NCBI GenBank assembly: GCA_048939995.1
Contig: JBHLOY010000001.1
Location: 471,265-535,264, forward strand
DNA length: 64,000 nucleotides
DNA from: Promethearchaeota archaeon
GTDB lineage: Archaea; Asgardarchaeota; Lokiarchaeia; Sigyniarchaeales; SOKP01
Direction: 5' to 3'
A program made the translations under genes and the position numbers. Positions 39,650 to 49,512 of this stretch are shown here, in pieces (position 1 is the stretch's first letter; every line of letters starts with the position of its first letter). The notes below the pieces were generated by a model, which was not told the DNA's origin, searched no databases, and worked only from the letters and a program-made list of their open reading frames with translations.

Positions 39650-40669
39650 TTAATTTGAGGACTCTTTTTCTGGTTTGTGAGTAAAAACAGAGTAAATACC
39701 AAATAGGATAGTAAATATTATAAATATGATAAATAATCCCCAGATTTGTAGGAACAAGTTCTCTTCAATGACTACCCTTGGATTAATTTTTGATATTTGA
39801 ACATAAATCTTCATAATAATCAAGAATAAAGCAATTGTATCTACTTTCATAAATTTAAGTTTTTCTTTCAAGTAAATGGTTCTATCATAAACTACTCCAA
39901 TCATATAAAGAAAAAGTAGCAGATCTAAGAAAAAGGAACCTAAAATATAAAGGGGATCTCTTGCTTCTGTGCTGAAGAATTCTCCGAATAAAAAATTGAA
40001 AATGATATACAAAATATATCCAAAACTTAATACAAGAAATAAGGTAATATAGGCTGCAAATGTTTTTTTTATGATTAATTTTAAGATAACTGCCCCAATT
40101 AATGTCAAATTAAGCAAAAAAATAATAAATAAAATAAGTACAATTATTCTATATAATTCACTAGATACTCTCGAAAAGAATATATTTGTTATTCGAAAAA
40201 GCCACCAGTTTAAAAAACCAAAAATAATAAATTCTATTGACCTTAAAATTTTCCTAAATTTTGTGAAATGGATATAATCATCAATCTTAGTAGCTGAATC
40301 CATACATAATTTAAATGCAAAAAAAGCAGTAAAAAATAAATTTGTATACAATAAGATAATAAAAAAGAGATTAGATAACGCTAAAGATACTAAAATTTGG
40401 AATAAAACTGCTATTGTTAATGATAAGCCAAAAATAATTATAATTAAGAATTTCTTTAGTTCTTCAATATTTTTAAAAAAAGAAAGAATAAAAATTACTA
40501 TAGAAAATATTAATAGACCTCCACCAAAATTGAAAATGAAATCACGTATAAAATTAGAAAGCAAGAAATTATTTATCAAAATTAAAATCCAAATTGCAAG
40601 AAATGAGCTTATAATAAAAAGATAAACTGGTTTCTTTGCAACTCCCTTCAAACCGGAGATAAATGACAT
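39650..40669 (-). CDS. multi-pass membrane protein
   Basis: About 10 hydrophobic segments. Confidence 0.7.
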   Translation of the reverse strand: MSFISGLKGVAKKPVYLFIISSFLAIWILILINNFLLSNFIRDFIFNFGGGLLIFSIVIFILSFFKNIEELKKFLIIIIFGLSLTIAVLFQILVSLALSNLFFIILLYTNLFFTAFFAFKLCMDSATKIDDYIHFTKFRKILRSIEFIIFGFLNWWLFRITNIFFSRVSSELYRIIVLILFIIFLLNLTLIGAVILKLIIKKTFAAYITLFLVLSFGYILYIIFNFLFGEFFSTEARDPLYILGSFFLDLLLFLYMIGVVYDRTIYLKEKLKFMKVDTIALFLIIMKIYVQISKINPRVVIEENLFLQIWGLFIIFIIFTILFGIYSVFTHKPEKESSN

Positions 40670-40959
40670 AAAGATTCTTCTTTTAATGAATACATGTTTT
40701 TCTTATATATCATTTTAATAAAATTTTGCTTTAATATGTTCTAATTAATGATATTAACATATTAATATGACTTTCACTTCGAAATTAATATAAGATTAAC
40801 AATAGTATAAGTAAATTTCGACCATTAAATTTGATAATTTTTGGTTTTGGAATTCAATTTTGACATAAAGAGCGACACAATTTTGAGAATACTCTTAATT
40901 TCAATAAAAGTCAAAGAAGGATGAATTTTAATAAGGTTAGGTTAAGGGATTAAAAAAAT

Positions 40960-41232
40960 ATGAGTTCAGGAAAAATTATAGAAAATTTCCAAATCAAGGT
41001 CAATGATCTTTTGGATTACAATACATTTGAAGTGAAACTGACTTCCAATCCATTAGTTTCAAGTTCACTTGGCATAAAAACTGATCTTGAGAATATTTTT
41101 TCTAAGATTTATGAAATTCATTGGTTATTGAAAGCCAATTCACAATTATCTAATAATGAAAGGCTAGATTATTGTAAAGTAGAAAGAATATTAATGATAA
41201 AGTATCTAAAGAAACTTGTAGATAAATTTTGA
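40960..41232 (+). CDS. hypothetical protein
   Basis: 90-aa ATG ORF with a purine-rich upstream sequence. Confidence 0.5.
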   Translation: MSSGKIIENFQIKVNDLLDYNTFEVKLTSNPLVSSSLGIKTDLENIFSKIYEIHWLLKANSQLSNNERLDYCKVERILMIKYLKKLVDKF

Positions 41233-42654
41233 ATGCTTTAGGTATTCAATATAATTCAAGAATGAATTGATACTCATTGCAGCATCTCTCAGAGTAAAAA
41301 AGTAGAGAAGTCGTTCTTTATGTAAAGTCTTTCTGACAGAAGAAAACCTTTGTGAAACTTCTAAAGAATCTGCTATACTTGGCAAACATATAGCAAAAGG
41401 TTTTTTTGTTTGACTTTGAATTTTTATCATCCGTTTAAATACATAATTATAAATGAAATGAGGCCATAGGGGCATAATTAAAATATCAATATTAGGATCT
41501 TCTTTCACAATTTCAATACATTCTAAAAAAATATCGACCACGAAACCAGAAGCACCCAAATCTACCGGATTTTTGATATTTACATTTTCATATGGAAGAA
41601 TCTCGTCAAGTAAGTTCTGGGATTCCTTAGTTAATTCAGGTATTTTCAAATTATGAGATGAAAATAAATCAGTTGAATTTACTGAATAACCTCCACCAGG
41701 TGTAATGATTCCTATATTCCTCCCTTTTGGAATATAGTTGGGAAACCATAATTCAAATATTTTTATTGTATTCCAGAATTGTTCATTATCTCTAACTAAA
41801 ATAGCCCCAGTCTGCTTAGAAAGTGCGTTCCATAGCTTCATGTCGCTTGCAATCGCACCTGTGTGAGAAAATGCTGCACGAGAACCGTCTTTGGTATAGC
41901 CACCCTTCCAAATAATTACAGGTTTTTCTTCTGTAGTTTTTTTAAGCTCATGGAAAAATTTATGACCATCACCGGAACCAAAAGATTCTAAATAAGCAGC
42001 AATAACCTTAGTCTTGTCATCATTGCGATAATGTCTCATAAAATCAACACAATTTAAATCAATTTGATTACCAAATGATATTCCATATCTAAGTCTTATG
42101 TCTCGTTTAGAGCTTACTTCTATTAATTGGCTTAAATGACCTCCCGACTGAGACATGAAAGAAATAGATCCAGGAATTACTAAGGGGGAACTAAACGAAA
42201 ATGCCATTCCTGTTTCCGCATTGTAAGGGCCTAAACAATTGGGGCCAATAATCCTAGTTCTAGATCCTTTAATAATATTTCTTAGGTTGTATTCTAATTC
42301 TAAACCTTCTTTATTGCCTGTTTCTGAAAATCCAGAAGAAAAGATGATTACCCAGGGGATTTCTTTCTCAACACACTCTTTTAAAACATAAGGGATAATT
42401 TCTGTTTTTACAGAGATATATACAGTGTCTATAGGAACTGGTACATCTAGAATAGATTTATAGGATTTCCAATCAAGCACTTTATCATGTTTAGGATTTA
42501 CAGGATAAAAACTTGAAACCCACCTTGAGCTTTTAAATGAATTTAAATACAACATGGATCCAAATTTAGATTGCTCAGATGCTCCAATAAATGCTATTGT
42601 TTTTGGATAAAATAAAGAATCAAACTTTTCAAAAGCGTATTCTCTAGAAACCAT
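41206..42654 (-). CDS. ADP-forming acyl-CoA synthetase alpha subunit
   Basis: IGAS, YPVNP, GFSETG, GPNCLG, SQSG, SHTGA (phospho-His) and NPVDL motifs. Confidence 0.9.
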   Translation of the reverse strand: MVSREYAFEKFDSLFYPKTIAFIGASEQSKFGSMLYLNSFKSSRWVSSFYPVNPKHDKVLDWKSYKSILDVPVPIDTVYISVKTEIIPYVLKECVEKEIPWVIIFSSGFSETGNKEGLELEYNLRNIIKGSRTRIIGPNCLGPYNAETGMAFSFSSPLVIPGSISFMSQSGGHLSQLIEVSSKRDIRLRYGISFGNQIDLNCVDFMRHYRNDDKTKVIAAYLESFGSGDGHKFFHELKKTTEEKPVIIWKGGYTKDGSRAAFSHTGAIASDMKLWNALSKQTGAILVRDNEQFWNTIKIFELWFPNYIPKGRNIGIITPGGGYSVNSTDLFSSHNLKIPELTKESQNLLDEILPYENVNIKNPVDLGASGFVVDIFLECIEIVKEDPNIDILIMPLWPHFIYNYVFKRMIKIQSQTKKPFAICLPSIADSLEVSQRFSSVRKTLHKERLLYFFTLRDAAMSINSFLNYIEYLKHSKFIYKFL

Positions 42655-42840
42655 TTATGTAGAAAAAAATTTGAATAGTTAAATTCTTTTTGTAGTTTTG
42701 TATAAACAGTACTTCACTAATCTGACTTTTCATTATTAAGATTTTACCTATTTATGTAAAAAACCAAATTTTTAATGTTAAATACAATTAGAGTACTCAT
42801 AATCATTCATAAAACAATTATTAAAGATAGTGAATAAAGA

Positions 42841-44298
42841 ATGGCAAGACCAAGTCCTTTAGACGTTTATGCCCTTCTCGATAAATCAAATTGTAAGGAT
42901 TGCGGATACGACACTTGTATGGCATTTGCTACTGATTTACTTGAGAGAAAGATAAAAGTACAAGATTGTACTCATCTAATGCAAGATCCTAAACAAGCTA
43001 AAAATCGTGAAAAATTAATAAAATTAGTGACACCTCCCCAGAAATCAGTATCAATAGGTGTTGGGAAACGTGAATGCGTAATTGGGGGAGAAGAGGTATT
43101 AATGCGCCACCAACTTACATATTATAACCCTACTGCTCTTTTTATAGAAATAGCTGATGACAATCCTGATTTAAGTGAAATTGTCAAATACTTAACAGAT
43201 TTAAAAATCGAAAGAATTGGTGATGTCTTAACTCTTGATGGAATTGCGTTAAGATGTGTATCTGGAGATGTAGATCAATTCAAATTAGCTACTAGGAAGG
43301 TGGCAGAAGAATCAAACCTACCTATTATGTTATGTTCTTTGAATGCTGACCTATTATTAGCAGCGGCAGGAGAAATAAAGAGTAAAAAGCCGTTGTTATA
43401 TGCTGCAACAAAAGATTCATGGGAAAAAGTTGGAACTTTCGCTGTCCAGAATAATTTACCTGTCGTGGCTGTTTCAAGTGATTTGGATGAATTAATGTCA
43501 TTAAGTGCAACCTTACAAAAATTAGGTGTTAGAGAATTAGTTCTTGATCCAGGAACTTTTTATGGTCCTGGAAACTCAGCATATACTTATGATAATATAA
43601 TGCAACTTAGAAAGGCAGCAATTGATAATGAAGATAACAATGCTGGTTGGCCAATAATGGGAGTACCTGCTGTATATTGGAGTCAAATTAAAATTAAGGA
43701 TGATAAAGATCTTTGGCTCCATCAGTATCAAGAAGTGATCATGGCAGCGATAATGCAATCAATCGATACCTCATTAATTGTAATACATTCAGGACAAAAA
43801 AAGGAGGATATATGGGCCCTTCTAGCCCTGATGACTCTAAGACAATCTGTTTTCAGTGACCCTCGTGTATACCCAGCAGTAGATCCAGGGTTATATAAAG
43901 TTGGAGAACCTGGGGATATGTCTCCTATATTTGTCACCAGTAATTATAGGATGACAAAAATTCCTGTTGAACAAGATTTACAGGGTGCTAATCTGAATTG
44001 TTGGCTATTAGTAGCTGATACAGAAGGTATTGGAATTGAAAGTGCTGTGGCTGGTGGTCAATTTAACGCCAGCGGTATAGCAGAAGCCGTTAAAGAATTT
44101 AAAGCTTTTGAAAAAGTAAAACATAGAATTCTGGTTATTCCTGGTATGGCGGCCAGATTAAGTGGAGCTTTAGAAGATGAAGCAAACGCTTTTGTTGTTG
44201 TTGGTCCAAGAGATTCGAGTGGTATACCAAAATTCATGGAAACACAATGGAAACCAGAAGAATTTATGAAAGAATTTGAATCTTGGTCAAAGGAATAA
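42841..44298 (+). CDS. cdhE: corrinoid Fe-S protein large subunit (ACDS gamma)
   Basis: NCKDCGYDTCMAFA...C, IGGEEVLMRH, VLDPG, SPIFVTSNY and IPGMAARLSG..VGPRDSS motifs. Confidence 0.93.
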   Translation: MARPSPLDVYALLDKSNCKDCGYDTCMAFATDLLERKIKVQDCTHLMQDPKQAKNREKLIKLVTPPQKSVSIGVGKRECVIGGEEVLMRHQLTYYNPTALFIEIADDNPDLSEIVKYLTDLKIERIGDVLTLDGIALRCVSGDVDQFKLATRKVAEESNLPIMLCSLNADLLLAAAGEIKSKKPLLYAATKDSWEKVGTFAVQNNLPVVAVSSDLDELMSLSATLQKLGVRELVLDPGTFYGPGNSAYTYDNIMQLRKAAIDNEDNNAGWPIMGVPAVYWSQIKIKDDKDLWLHQYQEVIMAAIMQSIDTSLIVIHSGQKKEDIWALLALMTLRQSVFSDPRVYPAVDPGLYKVGEPGDMSPIFVTSNYRMTKIPVEQDLQGANLNCWLLVADTEGIGIESAVAGGQFNASGIAEAVKEFKAFEKVKHRILVIPGMAARLSGALEDEANAFVVVGPRDSSGIPKFMETQWKPEEFMKEFESWSKE

Positions 44299-44326
44299 AC
44301 TTTTTTTACTTTTTTTAAATTTTTAT

Positions 44327-44989
44327 TTATTCAAGTAGACTATATATATTAGCTAGTTTTATGTCGCTGACACTATTTAAGGCTAAGAAAGGTCCTATTT
44401 TTAACTTTTTTAATTCATTTGCTTCATGATATCCAGTTAAAACGCCAATAAAAGGACAATTTAAGTTATTGGAAAGTAAAACATCTTTTGGATGGTCACC
44501 AATGACTATAATCTTATGATGAGGATATTTTTCTAATAAAATTTCTTTTAATTTTGGATCCAATTTTCCTAGAACTTTTCTGCCTTCAGTTTCTCCTAAA
44601 ATAAAATCAAAATATTTATGTATTTTTAAAAAGTCTACTATTCGTTCTGCCATTTCCTGTTTCTTAGAAGTAATTATACCTAGAGTCAAATCATAACTTT
44701 TAAAGATTTTCAACTTATTTTTTACCCCCAGAATGAGTGCTGATTGATAGATTCCTTTGGATCCATAATACTCGCGAAAGGCTGCTGAAAGTGAATCCGG
44801 ATTTAAATTAGAGACACTAGCGAACATTTCATTAAGTGGAGTCCCAATCATCCTTTCAATCTTTATTCTCTCTAAGGGGGTTTGTCCATATCTCTTTAAG
44901 GCATAATTAAATGAATTTACAATACCTTCCCTATTATTAATTAAGGTATTGTCTAAATCAAAACTCAATAAAATACTCTTTTTGTCCAT
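44327..44989 (-). CDS. HAD-family hydrolase (PGP-like)
   Basis: FDLDNTL, TSK and IGDHPKD motifs. Confidence 0.88.
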   Translation of the reverse strand: MDKKSILLSFDLDNTLINNREGIVNSFNYALKRYGQTPLERIKIERMIGTPLNEMFASVSNLNPDSLSAAFREYYGSKGIYQSALILGVKNKLKIFKSYDLTLGIITSKKQEMAERIVDFLKIHKYFDFILGETEGRKVLGKLDPKLKEILLEKYPHHKIIVIGDHPKDVLLSNNLNCPFIGVLTGYHEANELKKLKIGPFLALNSVSDIKLANIYSLLE

Positions 44990-45049
44990 TTGCTCTTATA
45001 ATATATTGATTGATTAAATAAAAAAAAATAATAAGTTCTTAATTATAAT

Positions 45050-46225
45050 TCATGTCATGTAAATGGTTAATAAAGGATCTCCTAGAATTGTCATGCCATA
45101 GTATAATAATTCTTTATTATAATTGACAATTTCAGGATTATGGAACCATATTCGAAAGGCTTCTCCTATTGGCTTTCCTTCTTTAAGAGCATCATAAAAT
45201 GGTTGATATAAATCCATCCCACCATCTCTCGCGCTTCCGATTACAGTTAGAGTATTATTACTAGTAAATAAGTAATAAGTACCTGTATTATCAGCTTGAG
45301 TGTAATTGCATGAGAAACACGCATATAGGTTGTAAAATAATGGTAATGTATTATTACCATAAATATTTTTGTAAGTGGTAACTCCTTCTGAACCTAATGC
45401 GTAAGGTGGTCCAAACATGTGTTGGGTAGGCCACGAATGAACAAGGATGTGTACAAATTCATAGTTAACCATTGTAATGTTATTCATGTAATTGGTTGAA
45501 GTTGTTGTTGGATTATTCCAATAGCAATTTACTTCAGTTCCAGTATAAGCAGTAAAATTACTAAGCCATTCATCTTTATAACTAGACCAATCATCGTCAA
45601 TATATAATAATGACTTATGAGGTCTATATGTCAATCCATGTCTTAATTTATAATCACGATCAAAAAACTTTTTATATGCATCCGAATAGTTAAAGCCTGG
45701 TATTACTATAGATGTAGGATTTATGCGAGCTAACCAAATTTCTGGAGTCCAATCTCCTGACCCACTCATGTGTTCGTTATTGTCTATATCATAAATTCCA
45801 TTTGTTATGACTCCATCATTCCAGAGTCCATCCAGATCCATTAAAAATAAATCACATGGGTAATTCCAATATTTCCCCCAATTACTATCCCAGTGTCTAG
45901 CCATAGCATATGGGATTTCTCCAATTAAAATAACTCCAATTAATCCTAATTGATAAGCATTAGATATGTTGGCTTTTAACAATGTGACATTTGTAGAAGA
46001 CCATTTAATTATTTCTGCAGAATAGCCCTGATCTATAATATCTTGTTTATATTGCGCTAGTTCATTATAAAGAGTATCATAAATCTTTGAATCAACATAG
46101 ATGTTAACAAGACCTCGATTTTGTTGTGTGGTTGGCTTGAAGTAAGGTAAAATTATTGCTAGGCTTATCGCGGTACTGGCTAAGATTATAAAAATAAGAA
46201 TGATAGCTTTTACATTTTTTCTCAT
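45050..46225 (-). CDS. membrane-anchored gingipain/peptidase C25-like protein
   Basis: N-terminal TM; ILIGEIP, CDLFLMDLDG and PEIWLARI motifs; His (VHSW) and Cys (YAC); ILGDPLL. Confidence 0.65.
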   Translation of the reverse strand: MRKNVKAIILIFIILASTAISLAIILPYFKPTTQQNRGLVNIYVDSKIYDTLYNELAQYKQDIIDQGYSAEIIKWSSTNVTLLKANISNAYQLGLIGVILIGEIPYAMARHWDSNWGKYWNYPCDLFLMDLDGLWNDGVITNGIYDIDNNEHMSGSGDWTPEIWLARINPTSIVIPGFNYSDAYKKFFDRDYKLRHGLTYRPHKSLLYIDDDWSSYKDEWLSNFTAYTGTEVNCYWNNPTTTSTNYMNNITMVNYEFVHILVHSWPTQHMFGPPYALGSEGVTTYKNIYGNNTLPLFYNLYACFSCNYTQADNTGTYYLFTSNNTLTVIGSARDGGMDLYQPFYDALKEGKPIGEAFRIWFHNPEIVNYNKELLYYGMTILGDPLLTIYMT

Positions 46226-46333
46226 CGTTCAAACCCTTAAATGATATTTTAAATTCTTATTTATAATTACATAGAGTTTGAGGTATTTATTTATATTGAT
46301 ATTTACTAAGGATGAGTTAGGATAAAAGATATC

Positions 46334-47995
46334 TTAGGTAGCAATTTTAAAACCTTTAAAAAGTCTTAAAAGGTAGTTTATTTCCTCACTTCCTTGAATG
46401 ATTCTTTGTATTCCATAAGGGAACTCTTGGAATTCAACATTTCTCCCTTCAATGACCCAATTGATGATTAATTCAACCATTTCTTTATACTTTTTTACTG
46501 TATATCCTTCAGATTCGATTTCTGATAAGATTTTCTTAGCTTTCTCTATTTTACCATTTAAAACTGAAGAGATAGCTGCTAAAACATAGGATTGAACAAT
46601 ATGAGAATAACCAATTTTTTTTAGATGGGCAGCTCTGTAATAATATTTATAGAGATTATTGATCATTTCATTGAGTAAAAAATCTTTTGCCGTATCGAGT
46701 TGTTGATAAAACTTAATACTTTCTAAAATAAGAGTTGCTGCTGTGTAAAATTCTTTATTTTTTAATCCTTCTTTCGCTATTATGTTTAACCCTCTTACTA
46801 TCTGATTGAATATACCAAATTTATTAAATTCCAATCCACCTTCTATTGCAATATCATAGGCACATAAATAACTTTCAGTCGAATCGTTTACATTGTTAGC
46901 TTTCCAATAATTATCACCTGCTTTAACATAGTGTTTATATGTCATCTCTAGATTGTTTAATTCTTTAAATATAACTGCTGCATTGAAAAAATTAGTAGCA
47001 GCATCATCAAATTCTTCAATTCTTTCTAAATAGTTTCCAGATAATACAAAACATGATGCAGATTCAAGTAAATTATTATTAATTTCCTGATAACATAAGG
47101 CAGCTCCACGGTAATACCGTGCAATTTTTTGAAAATTTTCCTGAGTTTTCTCTAAGCTTTCTGCGAGATTAATATAAGCACCAGCTTCTTTTTTAGCATA
47201 GTTAATGTATTGATTATCATCTTCTCTAAATTCATGTAAATTCTTTAAAATTTGAGAAATCTGAGCTATAATTAGATTATCATTCTCTTTTCTTTCTTCG
47301 ACTTCTTCAAATATATAATTGAAATATTCGATCGCCTCTGAGATAACATCTTTGGATTTATCAATTTCATCTAATTCTTTGTAACATGATGAGATTTGTT
47401 GATAAGAATATGATGATAAATCAAAATATTGGTAAGCTTTTGAAAGATCTATAGTAAACTGATAATATTTAAGTGCTCTTTTAACATCTTTAATTTTATA
47501 AAATAATTCGGCAATATTTTGATAATTCTGTGCTAATTTTCTTGTTTCTTCAAATTCTTTTAAAAGTTTACTTTCCTGTTTTAGAAAGTTTACACTATTG
47601 AGAATATTCTTCCTTTCTAGTTTTGGATCTTGAAGTTTTTCATAATAAATTTCAGCTATTCTTAGATAAATTTCAGCTATTTCATGTAACTTTGCTTGAG
47701 ATTTATATAATGCTATTTGATTCTCCCATAATTTTATTGAATATTTATACAATTTAATCGAATGATTAGCGTTAAAATCCTCTAATAATTCCGCAGCAGT
47801 ATATAAAAATTCACCTGCTTCAAAATAGTCGCCAGAATCAACAATTTTATCTGCATATTCTATTGAATCTTCAATTAAGCATTGAATTGTTTTGTCTCGT
47901 TCATCTCGACTTTTGAAAGATTGTAATTTTGCTATACGCTCTCTTAATTTTTCTATGTAGTCTCCATAATCAATATAGTTATCTTCTTGAAAGAT
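46334..47995 (-). CDS. TPR/alpha-SNAP-like helical repeat protein
   Basis: A..Y..AA..Y-type repeats; frame stays open 81 codons upstream of the listed TTG, to the ATC at 47995. Confidence 0.7.
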   Translation of the reverse strand: MFQEDNYIDYGDYIEKLRERIAKLQSFKSRDERDKTIQCLIEDSIEYADKIVDSGDYFEAGEFLYTAAELLEDFNANHSIKLYKYSIKLWENQIALYKSQAKLHEIAEIYLRIAEIYYEKLQDPKLERKNILNSVNFLKQESKLLKEFEETRKLAQNYQNIAELFYKIKDVKRALKYYQFTIDLSKAYQYFDLSSYSYQQISSCYKELDEIDKSKDVISEAIEYFNYIFEEVEERKENDNLIIAQISQILKNLHEFREDDNQYINYAKKEAGAYINLAESLEKTQENFQKIARYYRGAALCYQEINNNLLESASCFVLSGNYLERIEEFDDAATNFFNAAVIFKELNNLEMTYKHYVKAGDNYWKANNVNDSTESYLCAYDIAIEGGLEFNKFGIFNQIVRGLNIIAKEGLKNKEFYTAATLILESIKFYQQLDTAKDFLLNEMINNLYKYYYRAAHLKKIGYSHIVQSYVLAAISSVLNGKIEKAKKILSEIESEGYTVKKYKEMVELIINWVIEGRNVEFQEFPYGIQRIIQGSEEINYLLRLFKGFKIAT

Positions 47996-48260
47996 CTGTA
48001 ATCAACCCGTTATTTTATGCCAAATTCTAGGTATAAGAATTAATAAACACATAAAAAATAGATGGTTTTCTAGAAAAGTTTTAAAATACCTTCTTGAAAT
48101 CAGATTGCTTATTAATCCTTAAATTTTAATAAAGTATATTTTACATTTATGAAAATAAACACTTTTTAAATTATGGAAATAGCTTTAAATATTAAAATAG
48201 TCTTATTTATATTAATCAAAACCATAAATTTGATTAAATTAAAATTTAAGGTGTATTGAA

Positions 48261-48470
48261 ATAAAACAATTATCAGAACTCCTAGAAACCGGCATTTATG
48301 AAACTTTTAAGCCAGAAAAAAGGATTACAGTAAAAGAGCTTCTCAAAGAGTTAAATTTGGAAGGAAAATATTTCGGAATTTTAGTGAATTCCAAGAAGGC
48401 AACCGAGGATACGGTTATAAACGAGACTGATGAGGTTATAATACTTCCGCACATCGCTGGTGGGAGTTAA
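48261..48470 (+). CDS. ThiS/MoaD/SAMP ubiquitin-like protein ending GGS (absent from ORF track)
   Basis: Read by hand: ..TVKELLKELNL...ILVN...INETDEVIILPHIAGGS*; AAGGTG RBS upstream of ATA. Confidence 0.8.
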   Translation: MKQLSELLETGIYETFKPEKRITVKELLKELNLEGKYFGILVNSKKATEDTVINETDEVIILPHIAGGS

Positions 48471-48530
48471 ATTTGCGATCTTTTTTGTATCTAATTTTTT
48501 CTTTTTAAACATAAGCAGATCCTGAACTGA

Positions 48531-49511
48531 CTATTTAAGATTAATCCGTAAAAGATCTTTTGCTAGAATAGTATTAGGAAAAATATCTTGTGCATCTTTT
48601 AATAGTTTTGCGGCATCTTCTTGATATCTAGACGAGATATGGGTTAAAATTAGTTGCTTTGCATTCATTTTTTGTGCCATATTCGCAGCATCAATAGAGG
48701 TTGAGTGCTTTTTTTCCTTCGCAATATGATCTAAATCTTTTGAAAAAGTAGCTTCATGAATTAAGATATCTGAGTTTTGTCCTATATCTATTAAAGCATC
48801 ACACGGAGCTGTATCTCCTGAATAGGTAATTTTCCTACCTGGTCTTTTAGGAGCGACAATCTTTTCCGTAAACGGGTTAATTGCTCTTCCTTTAAAATTT
48901 ATTGTTTCACCCTCTTGTAATTTCTTCCAGAGGTGGCTTGCTGGTATTCCAAGTTCCTCTGCTCTTTCTGGATTAAATTTTCCGCTCCGAGGTTTTTCTA
49001 TAAAGGAATAGGCAAATGTTGGTACTGAATGCTCTACTAAAGTATATTTTATTATATATTTTTTATTTTCAAAAATTACATTATTTTTAATATCTATTTC
49101 ATTATTGGTAGTTTCTGAATCTAACCCGTTGAATTCTAATAATTTATCTTGCGTATGATCAATTTCCACTGTTTTAATGGGATATTCTGCTTTCAGTCCT
49201 AAAATCTTACGATGTAAATATAAATACAAATAAAGGTTTCTAGGTCCAAAAATGATAACTGGAGCAGTTCGTTCAATTAGACCAAACCGAAATAGAAGTC
49301 CTGGAAGCCCTATTATGTGATCTCCATGAAAGTGGGAAATTAAAATCTTCAAGGGTTTATTAAATTTAAGATGCGCTTCATTTAATCTTCGTTGAAGATC
49401 TTCACCACAATCAAATAAAATCAATTCCTTTTCATATTTAAGGGCAATTGAAGGTAAATTTCTCTCTCTGATTGGTATAGCCGCAGCTGAACCTAAAATA
49501 ATAAGTTCCAT
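48531..49511 (-). CDS. rnz: ribonuclease Z
   Basis: LFDCGE, SHFHGDH, flexible arm, SGDT, HEATF, HST and THISSRY motifs. Confidence 0.95.
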   Translation of the reverse strand: MELIILGSAAAIPIRERNLPSIALKYEKELILFDCGEDLQRRLNEAHLKFNKPLKILISHFHGDHIIGLPGLLFRFGLIERTAPVIIFGPRNLYLYLYLHRKILGLKAEYPIKTVEIDHTQDKLLEFNGLDSETTNNEIDIKNNVIFENKKYIIKYTLVEHSVPTFAYSFIEKPRSGKFNPERAEELGIPASHLWKKLQEGETINFKGRAINPFTEKIVAPKRPGRKITYSGDTAPCDALIDIGQNSDILIHEATFSKDLDHIAKEKKHSTSIDAANMAQKMNAKQLILTHISSRYQEDAAKLLKDAQDIFPNTILAKDLLRINLK

Positions 49512-49512
49512 A

